A stretch of 64,000 bases of DNA, taken from NCBI GenBank assembly GCA_951406725.2, contig OX597834.1:16368001-16432000 (forward strand), in the 5' to 3' direction. Within the stretch, counting starts at the first letter, position 1, and each line of letters opens with the position of its first letter. This document shows, piece by piece, positions 10,595 through 23,879 of this stretch. Under the pieces are notes generated by a model, which was not told where the DNA came from, did no database searches, and worked only from the letters and a program-made list of their open reading frames with translations. Made by a program: the position numbers and the translations under genes. Source of the DNA: Octopus vulgaris. Its lineage: Eukaryota.

Positions 10595-11637
10595 CTGGAA
10601 AATAAAAGAGAACGGAAAGACAAATAAGAACCAAAAAAAAAGAAAGAAAAAAAACGATAACTGAAATTATTCCAGTAGTAAAATAGTAATAAGTGGTGGT
10701 GGTGGTGGTGGTATGACTAATGGTAGTAGCAGCGACGGCGGTAGTGGTGGTGATGGTGATATGACTAGTAGAAGTAGCAGCGGCAGTGGTGGTGGTGGTG
10801 GTAGTAGTGCTGGTGGTAGTAGTTGTGGTGGTGGTGGTGGTACGGCTAGTAGTAGTAGTGGTGGTGGTGGTGGTGGAAGTAGTAGTAGTAGTGGTGGTGG
10901 TGGTGGTGATAGACCAGTAGTAGTATTAGCGGCAGCGGTGGTGGTGGTGATAGACCAGTAGTAGTAGCGGCAGTGGTGGTAGTAGTAGTAGTAGTGGTGG
11001 TATGTCTAGTAGTAGTAGCAGCAGTGGCAGCAATGGTGCTGGTGGTCTTGGAGGCAGTGGTTGTAGCAGAAGTAGTTAGTGGTGGTTGTGGTTGTGGTAT
11101 AACAAGCTGTAGTTGTAGTAGTAGTAATAATAATAATAACAATAATAATAATAGTACTAGTTGTGGTGATGGTATTATTAGCAGCAACAGTAGCGGAGTA
11201 GTAGTAGTAGTAGTCGTGGTCATCATTGCAACAGTAAAAAGAGAATTAGTAAATCATAGTGACTGAATGGCAGCATTTGTATATTTGTTTTTCAGCTTTT
11301 TGTTCATTTTGTTTTTGTTTTTTTTGCAGACTTTTGACCTTTCCGCTAAATTTTATAGCCATGGCACGTTCATGCATATAAATATTTTGCTGCTTATTCT
11401 TCGGCTGGTTTCAGTGACTGGAATGCAGCCAGCTGAAGAGCTTGGCTTCCATGCTTCAGTCAATAATATTGACTACAGCTCTCGGTTCATTCAAACAGTC
11501 GTTTTATCGATCACCGTTTGACAAACTGCAAAGCTGTTACTGGACGCAAAGAGACACCAGCATAAGCAACACCATAGCAGCATGAAGCAGTGATGGGGAA
11601 ATAAAGTTTAGGTTAGTTCAAATACATCTGCGACATA

Positions 11638-12015
11638 GGCGCAGGAATGGCTGTGTGGTAAGTAGCTTGCTTACCAAACACATGGTTCTGGGTTCAGTCC
11701 CATTGCGTGGAACACTGGGCGAGTGTCTTCTACTATGGCCTTGTGAGTGGATTTGGTAGACGGAAACTGAAAGAAGCCCATCGTATATATGTATATATAT
11801 ATGTGTGTGTGTGTGTTTGTGTGTCTGTGTTTGTCCCCCCAACATCGCTTGACAACCAATGCTGGTGTGTTTACGGCCCCGTAACTTAGCGGTTCGGCAA
11901 AAGAGACCAATAGAATAAGTACTAGGCTTACAAAGAATAAGTCCCGGGGTCGACTTGCTCGACTAAAGGCGGTGCTCCAGCATGGCCGCAGTGAAATGAC
12001 TGAAACAAGTAAAGC
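11638..12015 (+). mobile_element. SINE family A, full length
   Basis: Near-identical to 5571-5980. Confidence 0.92.
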
Positions 12016-12619
12016 AGTATTTTAATTTTTAAAGCCAATTTTACAGCAGGTTACCATGGAGAGGAAAGAGTTCTCTACCAAAGAGGAAGGTGTAATAACC
12101 CAGAAATGTAGCTAGACAGCCAAGACAGAGCTGATAATGGTGTGACTGCACCTTTGCCAATAAGTGAGAATCTTTTCTCGAGCTAAAATTGCTTTAGAAG
12201 AATTGATGGATACAGAAGAAAAAAACTGGCAGACATCTGTCTTCATATGCCTATCTACCTATGTGCCTTTCTGCCTAGCTAGCTATCTACCTTACCCAAG
12301 AACCTGCTTATCTACCTACCAACGTACTTGTCTATCTGCCTGCTTCCTTATCTATTTACCTATCCACCTACCTATCCACATACCTATCCACATACCTACC
12401 TACCCATCTGCAGTGAAAATATTTCACAGATATATTTGAACTAACCTAAAGTACTTGCCTATCTGCCTGCTTGCCAATCTATCTACCTACATACCTACCT
12501 ACCTACCCACCTGCAGTGAAACTGCTTTAGAAGTTTAAATATTTCACAGATATATTGGAACTAACCTAAAGTTTGTATAAGCCATATCTATCTATGGCCA
12601 GGTACCAACCTGGGTTGCA

Positions 12620-12885
12620 GCAACAAAGTCCACCTACCACACTCTTTGGTTCATCATCACTGTCTCGAGGTCCTGGATACAGTCCAGGCCAATGTCTGCA
12701 ATCAAGTGGTCAGTGTAAATGTGATAACATTTTCCACTTCTTACATCAACATGAACTGGGTTCCACAAGAATAATTTGGATGCTACCAGTTCAGGGTGAC
12801 ACATGCAGTGACCAGATAGTTGGAGCTGTCTTTATCTAATCCTTTCGCTAATTTTCAGAAGGTCCCCACAAAGGCATTTGCTGAA
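12620..12885 (-). mobile_element. Old RTE LINE C-terminal remnant
   Basis: Minus translation LCGDLLKISERIR*RQLQLSGHCMCHPELVASKLFLWNP...IADIGLDCIQDLETVMMNQRVW parallels the younger copy at 27833-28201. Confidence 0.7.
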
Positions 12886-12937
12886 AGAAGCTTAACATGT
12901 GTGTGTGTGTATGTGTGACATATATGCACATGTATAA

Positions 12938-13350
12938 GGCAGCGAGCTGGCAGACACGTTAGCACGTCGGACGAAATGCATAGCCGTATTTCATCTCCCA
13001 TTACGTTCTGATTTCAAATTCCGCCGAGGTCGACTTTGCCTTTCATCCTTTCGGGGTCGATAAATTAAGTGCCAGTTAAGCACTGGGGTCGATGTAATCG
13101 TCTTAATCCGTTTGTCTGTCCTTGTTTGTCCCCTCTATGTTTAGCCCCTTGTGGACAATAAAGAAATAGGTATTTCGTCTGTCGTTACGTTCTGATTTCA
13201 AATTCCACAGAGGTCGACTTTGCCTTTCATCCTTTCGGGGTCAATAAATTAAGTGCCAGTTAAGCACTGGGGTCGATGTAATCGTCTCAATCCGTTTGTC
13301 TGTCCTTGTTTGTCCCCTCTATGTTTAGCCCCTTGTGGGTAATAAAGAAA
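12938..13350 (+). mobile_element. SINE family B, head-to-tail dimer
   Basis: A full unit followed by a second unit restarting at gtatttcgtctg (about 13170). Confidence 0.88.
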
Positions 13351-14204
13351 CATATATGCACATGTATACATGTATGGAAGTGTGTGTATGTTTGCGTCTC
13401 CTTGTCATGACATCACATGATGGTTGTGAAATCATCGTCACAGTCATACAGGCAGTACCATCTATTTTGAATGTTCTGCACCATATGTGGTCATGGGGTA
13501 GTATTACCTGGCTTGAAAACAAGCGAGGGCTAGCAACAGGAAGAGCATCCAGCTTCAGAAAATCTGCCTCAATATATTCTGTCCGACACATGCAAACATG
13601 GAAAAAGTGGACATTAAAATGATGACAAAACACACACACACACACAAAATCAAGTGCAAACCTAACAGGTTAGGTACAATTGCTTGGTACAGGCAAGAAA
13701 AAATTATGCGCCATCATAAAGGTCAGTTGCCCTGCTGATGTGAATACTACTTCAGAAATCAAACAGAAAGAGAATAAACTACAGACAAACTACTTCGAAA
13801 CCATCAGCTTCGATACCCGGATTATAAACTCACGTTTACATGAATAATAATTGGTGTGCTTAGTTTTTGGAGTAAATGCCTAAATGACAATCTGGATAAG
13901 CTGGAGTTTTCCTAAAAAAATAGAAACTGACCAACTAATTTGCACATCACAAATACAACTTGAAAGCAAAACGGTAAAATTACGCCAGACATTTCTCAAG
14001 TCCAAATTATAACTGTTGTTTCTGTCATCTACATTCCAATACTTTGTGTTTTTTGTTAGAAACCAGCTCATTTCTTAGAAGGAAGAATTCAAATAATTAT
14101 TTTTTAATAATAGCGAACACATGAAGGCATGCACACACACACACAGTGTTGGGAATTTGTGAAGAAAATAAAAGAGAAAGCAAAACAAAGACAGTGAATA
14201 TGTA

Positions 14205-14607
14205 TTTCTTAACTGCCCACAAGGGGCTAAACATAGAGGGGACAAACCAGGTCAGACAAACGGATTAAGTCGATTACATCGACCCCAGTGCATCACTGGT
14301 ACTTAATTTATCGACCCCGAGAGGATGAAAGGCAAAGTCGACCTTGGCGGAATTTGAACTCAGATTGTAACGACAGACGAAATACCTATTTCTTTATTAC
14401 CCACCAGGGGCTAAACATAGAGGGGACAAACAAGGACAGACATAGGTATTAAGTCGATTACATCGACCCTAATGTGTCACTGGTACTTTATTTATCGACC
14501 CCGAAAGGATGAAAGGCAAAGTCGACCTCTGCAGAATTTGAACTCAGAACGTAACAACAGACGAAATATCGCTAAGCATTTCACCCGACGTGCTAACGTG
14601 TCTGCCA
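14205..14607 (-). mobile_element. SINE family B dimer, reverse orientation
   Basis: Reverse complement of the structure at 12938-13350. Confidence 0.88.
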
Positions 14608-15309
14608 TAGAACACAAGATACCCCCCTTCAACAAGATACATGAAACAAATGTGTTATTCAATAAAACTGTCCTCAATGTTCTAATGACAACCCTTGCAG
14701 CCCACCTCATTCATGATGGGAGACCACCCCCACTCACCCCCCAACAACAACTTCTTGGCACTGTGGGAGAGGCTGCCAGCTAGTCCTTGCTCTGGCTCTG
14801 ACAATACCACTTAAGTGGCAATTCAGGAAGGAGACTCACATCAGGAGAGTTAGGAAACCACATGTTCTGGAGTAGGTAGCTGGGGAGGTAGGTATGTGAG
14901 GGTGAGGAGTTAGGAAGGTAGGGAGGTAGCTAGGCAACTAGCTATGTCAGTAGATTGGTAGGTAGGTAGGTAGGTAGGTAGGTAGGTAGGCAAGCAGGCA
15001 GGTGGGTAGAAAGTTAGCCAAGTAGCTAGCTAAGTAGGTAGATAGGTAGGTACATACATATGTACACAGGGAAGGACGGACAGAGTGACAGAGGGTGAGG
15101 GAGTGACAGAAGGGAAGGGAGTGACAGAAGGGGAGGGAGACAAGGGGAGTGAAGGAGAGGGAGGAAGAGGTGAAAAGGATGCCAACTAGGCAGGTGGGTA
15201 GGTAGGTAGGTAGGCAGGCAAGCAAGCAGGCAGGTGGGCAAGTGGGTAGAAAGTTGGCCAAGTAGCTAGCTAAGTAGGTAAGTAGATAGGTAGGTAGATA
15301 AGTAGGTAA

Positions 15310-15880
15310 GGAGGGACGGATGGACAGAGGGACAGATGGACAGGGGGACGGATGGACAGAGGGACGGATGGACAGAGGGACGGATGGACAGAGGGACGGA
15401 TGGACAGAGGGACAGAGGGACGGAGGGACAGAGGGACGGATGGACAGAGGGATGGATGGACAGAGGGAAGGATGGACAGAGGGACGGATAGACAGAGGGA
15501 TGGATGGACAGAGAGACAGATGGACAGAGGGACGGATGGACAGAGAGACAGACAGATGGACAGAGGGACGGATGGACAGAGGGACAGATGGACAGAGGGA
15601 CGGATGGACAGAGAGACAGATGGACAGAGGGACGGATGGACAGAGGGACGGATGGACAGAGGGATGGATGGACAGAGAGACAGATGGACAGAGGGACGGA
15701 TGGACAGAGAGACAGATGGACAGAGGGACAGATGGACAGAGAGACAGACAGATGGACAGAGGGACGGATGGACAGAGGGACAGATGGACAGAGGGATGGA
15801 TGGACAGAGAGACAGATGGACAGAGGGACGGATGGACAGAGGGACAGATGGACGGATGGACAGAGGGACAGATGGACAGA
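15310..15880. repeat. Purine-rich 16-bp minisatellite (GATGGACAGAGGGACG)n flanked by (TAGG)n
   Basis: Directly visible; explains ORFs 14947-16280. Confidence 0.93.
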
Positions 15881-16530
15881 GTGATGGAGGGTGAGGGAGT
15901 GACGGAGGAGGAGGGCGTGACGACAGGGGAGGGCATGATGGAGCCAAGGGAAGGAGAGGAGACAGAGGGAGCCAACTAGACAGGTAGGTAGGTAAGTAGA
16001 TAGGTAGGTAAATAGGTAGCGACATAGCTAGGTAGGTAGGTAGATAGGTAGGTAGGTAGATAGGTAGGTAGGCAAGTAGGCAGATCAGCAAGTAGATTAA
16101 GCAGGTAGGTAGATAAGCAAGATTCTGGGTAAGGTAGATAGCCAGGCAGAAAGGCACCGAGACATATGAAGACAACTGTCTGCCAGCATTTTGTTTTCTA
16201 TCCATCAATGCTTTTTGTAATAAAATATACTTTTTGGTTACCATGGTTATTGAAAAGCAGTGAAGTATTATATTTTTCAATACAAAAGAAATTATTTCAA
16301 CTCTGGTTATAATTTTGATTTGATTTAATATCTCGTTTTTTTTCTTTCTTAATTCGCTTCTGTCATTATATTATTATAATTGTCTCAGACATCAAACTAC
16401 TTTACTTTTGATAAATTTTGACACATGGATATCTATTAGACATTTTACTTCCACTGTTTGTGCATTTGTTGAGGATTTTTTTATTTCATCTGAAATTCTG
16501 TTTATTGGCATTTTTTCACTCACATACATA

Positions 16531-16581
<51 letters not shown>

Positions 16582-16970
16582 GTATACATGTATATATATA
16601 TATGTGTATATATATATATATATACATATGTATACATGTACATATATGTACATGTATATATGTGTGTGTGTGTATATATATATGCATACTTATAATGTGT
16701 ATGTATATATGTATGTTTGTATGTGTATGTGTGTGTACGTGTGTACGCACATACATATAATGTATAGATGTATATAAATGTATATATATGTGCATACATG
16801 TGTGTGTATGTATGTGTGTGTGTATATATATATATACATATATATATATAAATATGCATACTTATAATGTGTATGTATATATGTATGTTTGTGTTTGTAT
16901 GTGTGTGTACGTGTGTACGCACATACATATAATGTATAGATGTATATAAATGTATATATGTCTGTATACA

Positions 16971-17008
<38 letters not shown>

Positions 17009-17711
17009 GGCATACTTATAACGTGTATGTATATATGTATGTTTGTGTGTGTATGTGTGTACGCATGTGCACGCATATGTATGTATATGTGAATGTGTGT
17101 AGTTTATATTCATATTAGTCCTCCAACTCAGATGTGTTTAAAAATTATGTTTTAAAATGTGAGATATAGAATTTTCTTTTCAAACATGAAAAAAAAAATG
17201 TTTTTTCGTCTGCAGCAAAAAGACAAAAAGAAATGCTACGCAAAAAAAAAAAAAAAAAAACAATGACAGAAGAAAAGAGAAAACAAAAACAAAAAAAAAC
17301 ACACAACCTAGACCAGCAAAATGTCACACAACAGAAACATTAAATAAAGGTAAACTCACACAAGCCGATCCAATAAGAGAAGAAGAAAAGAAATCGTTTA
17401 AAAGACAACAAGAGCAAAAATCAACAAAGGTGAGTGACTTTAATAATTATTAAAATAATCTAAAGAGAAGAAAAAAATATATAAAGTTCAAAGATATATT
17501 TTTTGGTTGTTGTTTCTCACCAAAATACTTCCAAAAGCCAATGAAAATTACAAGATGGAGAGAAAAAATTATTTTGGAAATTCTTCTGTTTTTTGGTGGG
17601 CGATCCATCAGACAAGCTCAATCTGATGGAATCAGATGTTTATATATATATATATATATAAACATCATACACATACACACATACATATATACATACACAT
17701 TATAAGTATGC

Positions 17712-17742
<31 letters not shown>

Positions 17743-18418
17743 TGTATGCATACATGTATACAGACATATATACATGTATATACATCTATACATTATATGT
17801 ATGTGCATACACACATACACATACAAACATACATATATACATACACATTATAAGTATGCATATATATATATATATATATATACAATTATATATACATTAT
17901 ATATACATTATATATATATACAATTATATATACATTATATATTATATATATATATAATGTGTATGTGATCATGTGATCAGTTTTGTTGTAATGTTTTCTA
18001 ACAGTTGCTCGGCAACGAGGAAATAAGAGAAATGTAAGCAGAAATCTTATGTTTTTGTAATAAATCCGAGTCAAATTGCGAGAGAATGGTGCGAATGAGA
18101 AATAACAACGGTTCACAGGAACTCGCTGAGACTGGAATATAGAAATGAGGAGAAACAAGTAGAATTCTGACAAGGTGAGAAGAGGAAAAAAAACCAAACG
18201 TGCAAAACTTGGTTTTCCAGGAAGTGCCGTGTAAATGAAACATACATATATATATATATATATATATGATTATTGAAGTAGATAAATGAATTATCTTATT
18301 ACGGATAATTCAAATGATAACCGATACCTGGGTAGCAAAAATCACAACAGAAAAAGCACGGTTGAAGTTACGACCATGGGGCATAAAATCCGTGCCTTAG
18401 TGCAGAAATTTGAAGTTT

Positions 18419-18569
18419 TATATATTAAGTGTAGGAAGAAATGGAGCTGAACGAAGATTTAACAAAATTCCTTTTTATTATTTTCTACTTTGCAGCCTTC
18501 GAAACATATGTAGAAAATAATAAAAAGGAATTTTGTTAAATCTTCGTTCAGCTCCATTTCTTCCTACAC

Positions 18570-18579
<10 letters not shown>
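18419..18579. repeat. Perfect 70-bp inverted repeat with 21-nt spacer
   Basis: 18419-18488 is the exact reverse complement of 18510-18579. Confidence 0.95.
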
Positions 18580-18612
<33 letters not shown>

Positions 18613-20219
18613 TCATCATCATCGTTTAACGTCCGCTTTCCATGCTAGCATGGGTTGGACGATTTTGACTAAGAGCTGGCGAACCAGATGGTTGCACCAG
18701 GCTCCAGTCTTGATTTGGCAGAGTTTCTACAGCTGGATGCCCTTCCTAACGCCAACCACTCCGTGAGTGTAGTGGGTGCTTTTCACATGCCACCGGCACG
18801 GGGGCCAGTCAGGCGGTACTGGCAACGACCTCGCTCGAATCCTTTTACACATGCCACCAGCACAGGTGCCAGTAAGGTGACTTTGATAACAATCACGCTC
18901 AAATGGTGCCCTTTTACGTGCCACTGGCACGGAAGCCAGTTGGCTGCTTTGGTAAAGATCACACTCGGGTGGTGCTCTTGGCAACCTACTAGCATGATGA
19001 TATATATATATCATCATTTAATGCCAATTTTCCATGCTGGCATGGGTTGGACAGTTTGACAGGAGCTGGCAAACCAGAGGACTGCACCAGGTTTCACTGT
19101 CTGTTTTGCATAAGTTTTACAGCTGGATGCCCTTCCTAATGTCAAATGCTTTTCAGGGTGGACAGGGTGCTTTTCATGTGGAACCAATACTGGCAAGGTC
19201 TGTTTCGGCTGGATGCCCTTCCTAATGCCAACCACCTTATAGAGTTGACTGGATTCTTTTACATGGCACCAGCACCAGTGAGGTCACCAAGTAACTTGCA
19301 AGACAAAGATCTTTTAAGACAGGCAAGCAAGAAGGCAGGTGGGCAAGTGGGTAGAAAGTTGGCCAAGTAGCTAGCTAGGTAGGTAGGCAGATAAGTAGAT
19401 AGAGAGGGATGGATGGACAGAGTGATGGAGGGGGAGAGCATGACAGAGGGGGAAGGCATGATGGAGGGGGAGGGCATGATGGAAGGGGAGGGCATGATGG
19501 AGGTGGAGGGCATGATGGAGGGGGAGGGCATGATGGAGGGGGAGATTAGGGTGTGACAGAAGGACAGAAACAGGTGTCTTGCTGTAGAGAAGATACAAGG
19601 CTGATGGAGAGAGCAAGACAAAGATAGAGAGAGAGACAGAATGATCCTTTTTGAGTCATACCAACTGACAAGGGACAGTTTCCTGGTTCCCATGGTGTAT
19701 ATATTCCCCACCCAGACGGGACATTGGTCCATCACAGGATTATGCATTTTTACCAGCTGAGAGGATTGGAGCAATATGAAGTGTTTTGCTCAAGAACACT
19801 ACGTGTTAACCTACACCAGGAATCGAAACCACCATCTCATGATCATGAGTCCAATACCCTAACCATTAAACCATGCACCTCCACACTCTGACCCAACGGA
19901 ACATCAAGAATATGACAGCCAAAGGGTGAGAGGGCTGCATCAGCACTAGGTTGATACTCATTTTCAGCTGAGCGGACTGGTTATTCCACATCACTCTGTA
20001 AGGGGCACACGGCTGGTTTCCCAGTTTCTCTGACATATATATTCATCCCTGGACAGGACACCAATACCTCAGAATTACTCCTTTTTACCAACTGAGTAGA
20101 CAGGAACAACTTGAAATGATGTTTTGATCAAGAATACAAAGCATTGTCCAGTCCAGGAATCAAAACCAAAATCTCACACTCATGAGTCCAACACCCTAAC
20201 CGCTAAGCCATGCACCTTA

Positions 20220-20417
20220 CTCTCTCTTTTACTTGTTTCAGTCATTTGACTGTGGCCATGCTAGAGCACCGCCTTTTAGTCAAGCAAATCAACCCCAGGA
20301 CTTATTCTTTGTAAGCCTAGTACTTGTTCTGTCAGTCTCTTTTGCCGAACCGGTAAGTAACAGGGACGTAAACATACCAGCATCGGTTGTCAAGCGATAT
20401 TGCAGGGAAACACACAA

Positions 20418-20471
<54 letters not shown>

Positions 20472-20633
20472 GATGGGCTTCTTTCAGTTTCCGTCTACCA
20501 AATCCACTCACAAGGCTTTGGTCGGCCCGAGGCTATAGTACAAGACACTTTCCCATGGTGCCACGCAGTGGGACTGAACCCGGAACCGTGTGGTTGGTAA
20601 GCAAGCTACTTACCACACAGCCACTCCTGCACC
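20220..20633 (-). mobile_element. SINE family A, full length
   Basis: Reverse complement of the family consensus. Further minus copies at about 27078-27465, 30268-30692, 47995-48303, 55605-56009 and 61950-62356. Confidence 0.92.
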
Positions 20634-22242
20634 TTCACTTGCATTTTTTTCTTTTCACTTTCTTTCTTTGTTTCCTGTCCTTTTTGTCTTCTGGTCTTTC
20701 TTTCCCTTTTCCCTTTATTCTCCCTCTAACCAAGCTTTCAAAAATTTACCACACACATGCATCCAAGGACTATTGTCATTGTTATGTCTCTATGAATTCG
20801 TGTTGCAAGATCCTTGATGTGAAATCATGTATTGAAACAGATATTGTTGTATTTCAGGGATGGTCATTTTTTTCATTTAATAAGACGCTCAGAGAAAGAA
20901 AAAAAAGAGAGAGAGAGAGGGGCTATTTATAAACATGATTAGACAAGAGCAGTTCAAAGTGATGTGGCTTAACCCAGTAAGGCCCAGATACTTAAATTTC
21001 TGAATATTACTTTTAAATTTTTACAAATGATTGAAAATAGGTTAAAATGAAAACAATAATTATCAAAACTCTTTTACTTCGAGTAATAATGGAAATACTC
21101 GATGTTCTATAAATATATTTCTTTACTACCCACAAGGGGCTAAACACAGAGGGGACAAATAAGGACAGACAAACGGATTAAGTCGATTACATCGACCCCA
21201 GTGCGTAACTGGTACTTAATTCATCGACCCCAAAAGGATGAAAGGCAAAGTGGACCTCGGCGACACTGAGACAATGTGATATATAGCTTATTTAATGTTC
21301 TCATTTAGTGTCCTATTTATAGGACAGTGGGACTTAATGGGTTAATCAAGGACACAGTGTACTACCCAGTTCAGGAATCGAACCCACAACTTCTTGATCA
21401 AGAGCCCGACACCCTACCTACTTACATCAACCCACAAACTTCATTCTTACTGCTGAGCCTTACCAGTCTTTATTCACCTGCTTTGAATATTGTCTCAGCT
21501 GTATTGTCTTTGAAATTTTTGTGAAAACAAAACCAAAACAAAAAAGAGACGAAACACCATTCTCAAATGATTCGGTTGTCTTTAACTTGACAACCAAACT
21601 CAGTAAACTGATTCCGGTCATTACTTATTCAGTGCAAAGAAGACTTGCTGTTTTATAAGTTTCTTCTACTGCTTCTTTGAATAACTAATTTCAATGGCTT
21701 GTGGTTATTGTGGTTCACTTATGGAATGCAGAGATCTTGTGATTGCTTAAGGTAATTTTAGCATTTTGCTATTTATTCATATATTTAAGGGGGGTTATTT
21801 TTATTTTAAAAAAACATATCTTTTTCTCTCTATAGATAGCAATGTGGTTGAGGTGTCTGCTTTCTAAAGGTAAAAATCCAGGTTTGATTCCACTGCCATT
21901 GTACTTGCAGCAGGTGTCTTCTTCTGAAACCAATGTTTAATGAAAGGAATTTGATAAACAGAAACTGTGCACAAGCCCTGTATGTATTTGGTAATCTAAA
22001 GCCTGTAAGAAACACGCTTCTGTTAGAGGCCTGTGAGACTTTAAGTAGCATGGAGCCAATCAAGCTGTTTTAAATGATACCACATATATGCGCCTTCACA
22101 TATATGTGGCATGTATTTCTGGCAGGCTGCAATTTGACATGACACAAAGTATGTAACATTAAGTATGCAATTTATAATGTTTATTACACTAGTGCTACTT
22201 CTATTTCATATTTGTGTATGTGTGTGTATTTATATACATATA

Positions 22243-22618
22243 CTAGCAGTATCGCCCGGCGTTGCTCAGGTTTGTAAGGGAAATAACTATAAAGCATTTT
22301 TAGAGAGTTATAGCCAAAAAATAGCAAAAAAATGGGGAAAAAATTATGGTAAATTTTTTTTGAGAGTTAAAAAAGGTGGAGTTGCGTCCCCTAGACGGTC
22401 TGTGGTTTGGGTTTCTGATTCTCGACCCCATGTCGAATTTATCGATTTTTTTCAGAACTGGGGGAACTTTTCAAAATTTTCGCTGCGTTAGTTTTGAATT
22501 ATGACATTGGGCTATGTGTGTGTCAAGTTTCATCAGAATCGGTTGAAAGCCGTGGTCAGGGTGAGGGTACAAGCAAACAGACACACAGAAACACGCACAG
22601 ACAAACTGCCGTTTATAT

Positions 22619-22623
<5 letters not shown>
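22243..22623 (-). mobile_element. Non-autonomous Helitron, second subfamily
   Basis: Minus strand A|TCTCTATATAAAC ... hairpin CCTGAGCAACGCCGGG ... CTAG|T. The 3' 110 bp or so are shared with 6352-6753. Confidence 0.85.
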
Positions 22624-22679
<56 letters not shown>

Positions 22680-22885
22680 ACCTCATGAGTACCGCTGCCG
22701 ATTTTTTTTCCTCTGTCTTCCCTTCTCGGGATCTTTCCTTCTCCTATGTTTCCGACGAAGAGCTCCGCTCGAAATGTTAAACCCTCCTTCTTCCCTTCCT
22801 TCCTGAGCGTCCAATAATACTTTATTTGTTCCACGTCCTCGCCTTGCTGTGTTTTTTTTGCTTTTTTGTGTTTTCTTGTTTGGAT

Positions 22886-22890
<5 letters not shown>
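22680..22890 (+). mobile_element. Probable Penelope-like (PLE) terminal-repeat remnant with minimal hammerhead-like motif
   Basis: Sits between (TG)n and (TA)n tracts and contains gttt-CCGACGA-a-GAGC-tcc-GCTC-GAAA-tgttaaac. Confidence 0.55.
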
Positions 22891-22930
<40 letters not shown>

Positions 22931-23630
22931 TTGCTATTATGTCAAACATCCAAATTTGGCCAAATGTGTTTATTTCAATATTTCATTTTGCCTGCAATGG
23001 CCAGTTACTTTGGTCAAGCAATCACATCTGCAGCTGCTTCTGATTTTCCGAAAATGTAATAAGCCCCACAAATGACAGTTTTGCAAAAGTATTTCTGACT
23101 GAAAATATCATACATGCCATGCAGTTAAAATTCCATGCATCCAACAAAGTATTATTGTTAAGCTTAAACTGTTGCTAATGTAAAAAGAAATGGAACAGCA
23201 AAACTATTTTTTTCATTTTCTGTGAAGGCAACATTTCAACTTACGACAATTTTGCATAATACCAACAATATAAATGCGGAGTAGATAAAATAGGGGACAA
23301 CTGATGAAGGGCATGTTCTTAATGTTGCATGTCTCGTTTCTCTGTTTGTTTTGGTTTCATTGTTAAAAAAACAGGTTGGTTTTCTATGTTTTTGTTTTTT
23401 ATGTTCTCGTTTCTCATTTTGTCCACATTTTTTGATGTCCTGTACCCATGTATATATACATATATACACATATGTACACATATGTATGTATATATGTATG
23501 TATATATGTAGGTATATATATATGTATGTATATATGTATGTATATATACACATATGTACACATATGTATGTATATACATATATGTACACATATGTATGTA
23601 TATATGCGTATATTTATATATTATTTAAAT

Positions 23631-23673
<43 letters not shown>

Positions 23674-23679
23674 ACATGA

Positions 23680-23870
23680 TAGATCGCTAGCCACTAAACG
23701 TTTTCCTATTTTCTCTCCATGTTTATTTCTGTGTCCCTTTCTGTCGAAGAGCATAGGCTCGAAACATAAAAGACTTCCTCACTTCCCGACCATTAAACTA
23801 ATACATTTGTTTGTTGTTTACACACCCGTCTTTGTCTTTTGTTTTTTTGTAAATTCTCACTATATACACA
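23680..23870 (+). mobile_element. Probable PLE terminal-repeat remnant with minimal hammerhead-like motif
   Basis: cttt-CTGTCGA-a-GAGC-atag-GCTC-GAAAC-ata-aaag at 23737-23772, flanked by (TA)n. Confidence 0.55.
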
Positions 23871-23879
23871 CTACATACA

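Noticed and set aside
14947-16280. Overlapping 219-342 aa ORFs
   Set aside because: Translations of the (GATGGACAGAGGGACG)n and (TAGG)n repeats.
16260-16520. Faint Tc1-like transposase resemblance on the minus strand
   Set aside because: No recognisable catalytic motif or TIRs; AT-rich sequence with several stops.
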